The translations under genes and the position numbers were made by a program. Below are positions 63,641-64,000 of a DNA stretch of 64,000 nucleotides, in pieces. Each line of letters begins with the position of its first letter. The stretch's first letter is position 1. The notes under the pieces are model-generated. The model did no database searches, had not been told where the DNA came from, and worked only from the letters and a program-made list of their open reading frames with translations. This stretch comes from Camelus dromedarius. Taxonomy: Eukaryota. The stretch covers positions 78,060,001-78,124,000 of the forward strand of contig NC_087436.1 of the NCBI RefSeq assembly GCF_036321535.1, given 5' to 3'.

Positions 63641-64000
63641 AGAAGAAATGCTACCTCCTGCTGCTGGGATGAATGGAATTGCTTTTCTCTGGGGGGAAAC
63701 TAAATGCCAGATGTCTTTCATAAAGGCCATCCAGGGACTGGCTCCACAGAAGAAGAGTCTCAGAACAGCCAGTCCGCAGGAGGCCAGGATGCTGAAGGAG
63801 AACTTGGGAAGTTTGTTTGTTGGCATTCAGGGTGGTTACATTCCATTCTCGCAAAGAGACAGTTGATTCTACTGTCTCTTTTGTTGATGACATCTTCATT
63901 CTTGCTCTTAATCCAAGGGTTTGTACAAATACAAAGCCAGTCATCAGAAATCCATTGATACGTGTGACTCGGACTAGGACCTTTCATGTAGTATGAGATG

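Noticed and set aside
63521..63987. Stack of overlapping ORFs on both strands
   Set aside because: Partly SINE-derived, no recognisable protein, and no convincing splice-site pair
1..64000. CRISPR arrays, operons, prokaryotic defence systems or a novel multi-gene system
   Set aside because: The sequence is mammalian and repeat-rich. I see no regularly spaced repeat-spacer array, no gene-dense ORFs, and no ERV gag/pol/env or transposase coding region.

Overview
Mammalian non-coding genomic DNA, intergenic or deep-intronic. It is almost certainly from a camelid: six copies of a tRNA-Ala-derived vic-1-type SINE are present, together with young artiodactyl-type L1 3' ends. A large share of the window is interspersed repeat: ancient L2, MIR, L1M, MLT1 (MaLR) LTRs and hAT MITEs (MER5/20/45/53/63/94-like), plus younger insertions with readable target-site duplications (TSDs). 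I recognise no host protein-coding gene. The two longest ORFs are L1 ORF2 C-termini, and the rest look like chance or repeat-derived ORFs. I cannot support a previously undescribed biological system here. The most notable observations are (i) a composite L1-tail/SINE insertion inside a single apparent TSD, (ii) twin young L1 insertions about 0.9 kb apart, (iii) an L1 nested in a solo LTR, (iv) a head-less SINE remnant, (v) several candidate exons, one of them an open 141-nt phase-0 candidate, and (vi) short perfect hairpins and motif clusters in repeat-free blocks. Repeat family names were assigned by eye from remembered consensus sequences. Boundaries of old repeats are approximate (tens of bp) and need RepeatMasker/Dfam confirmation.
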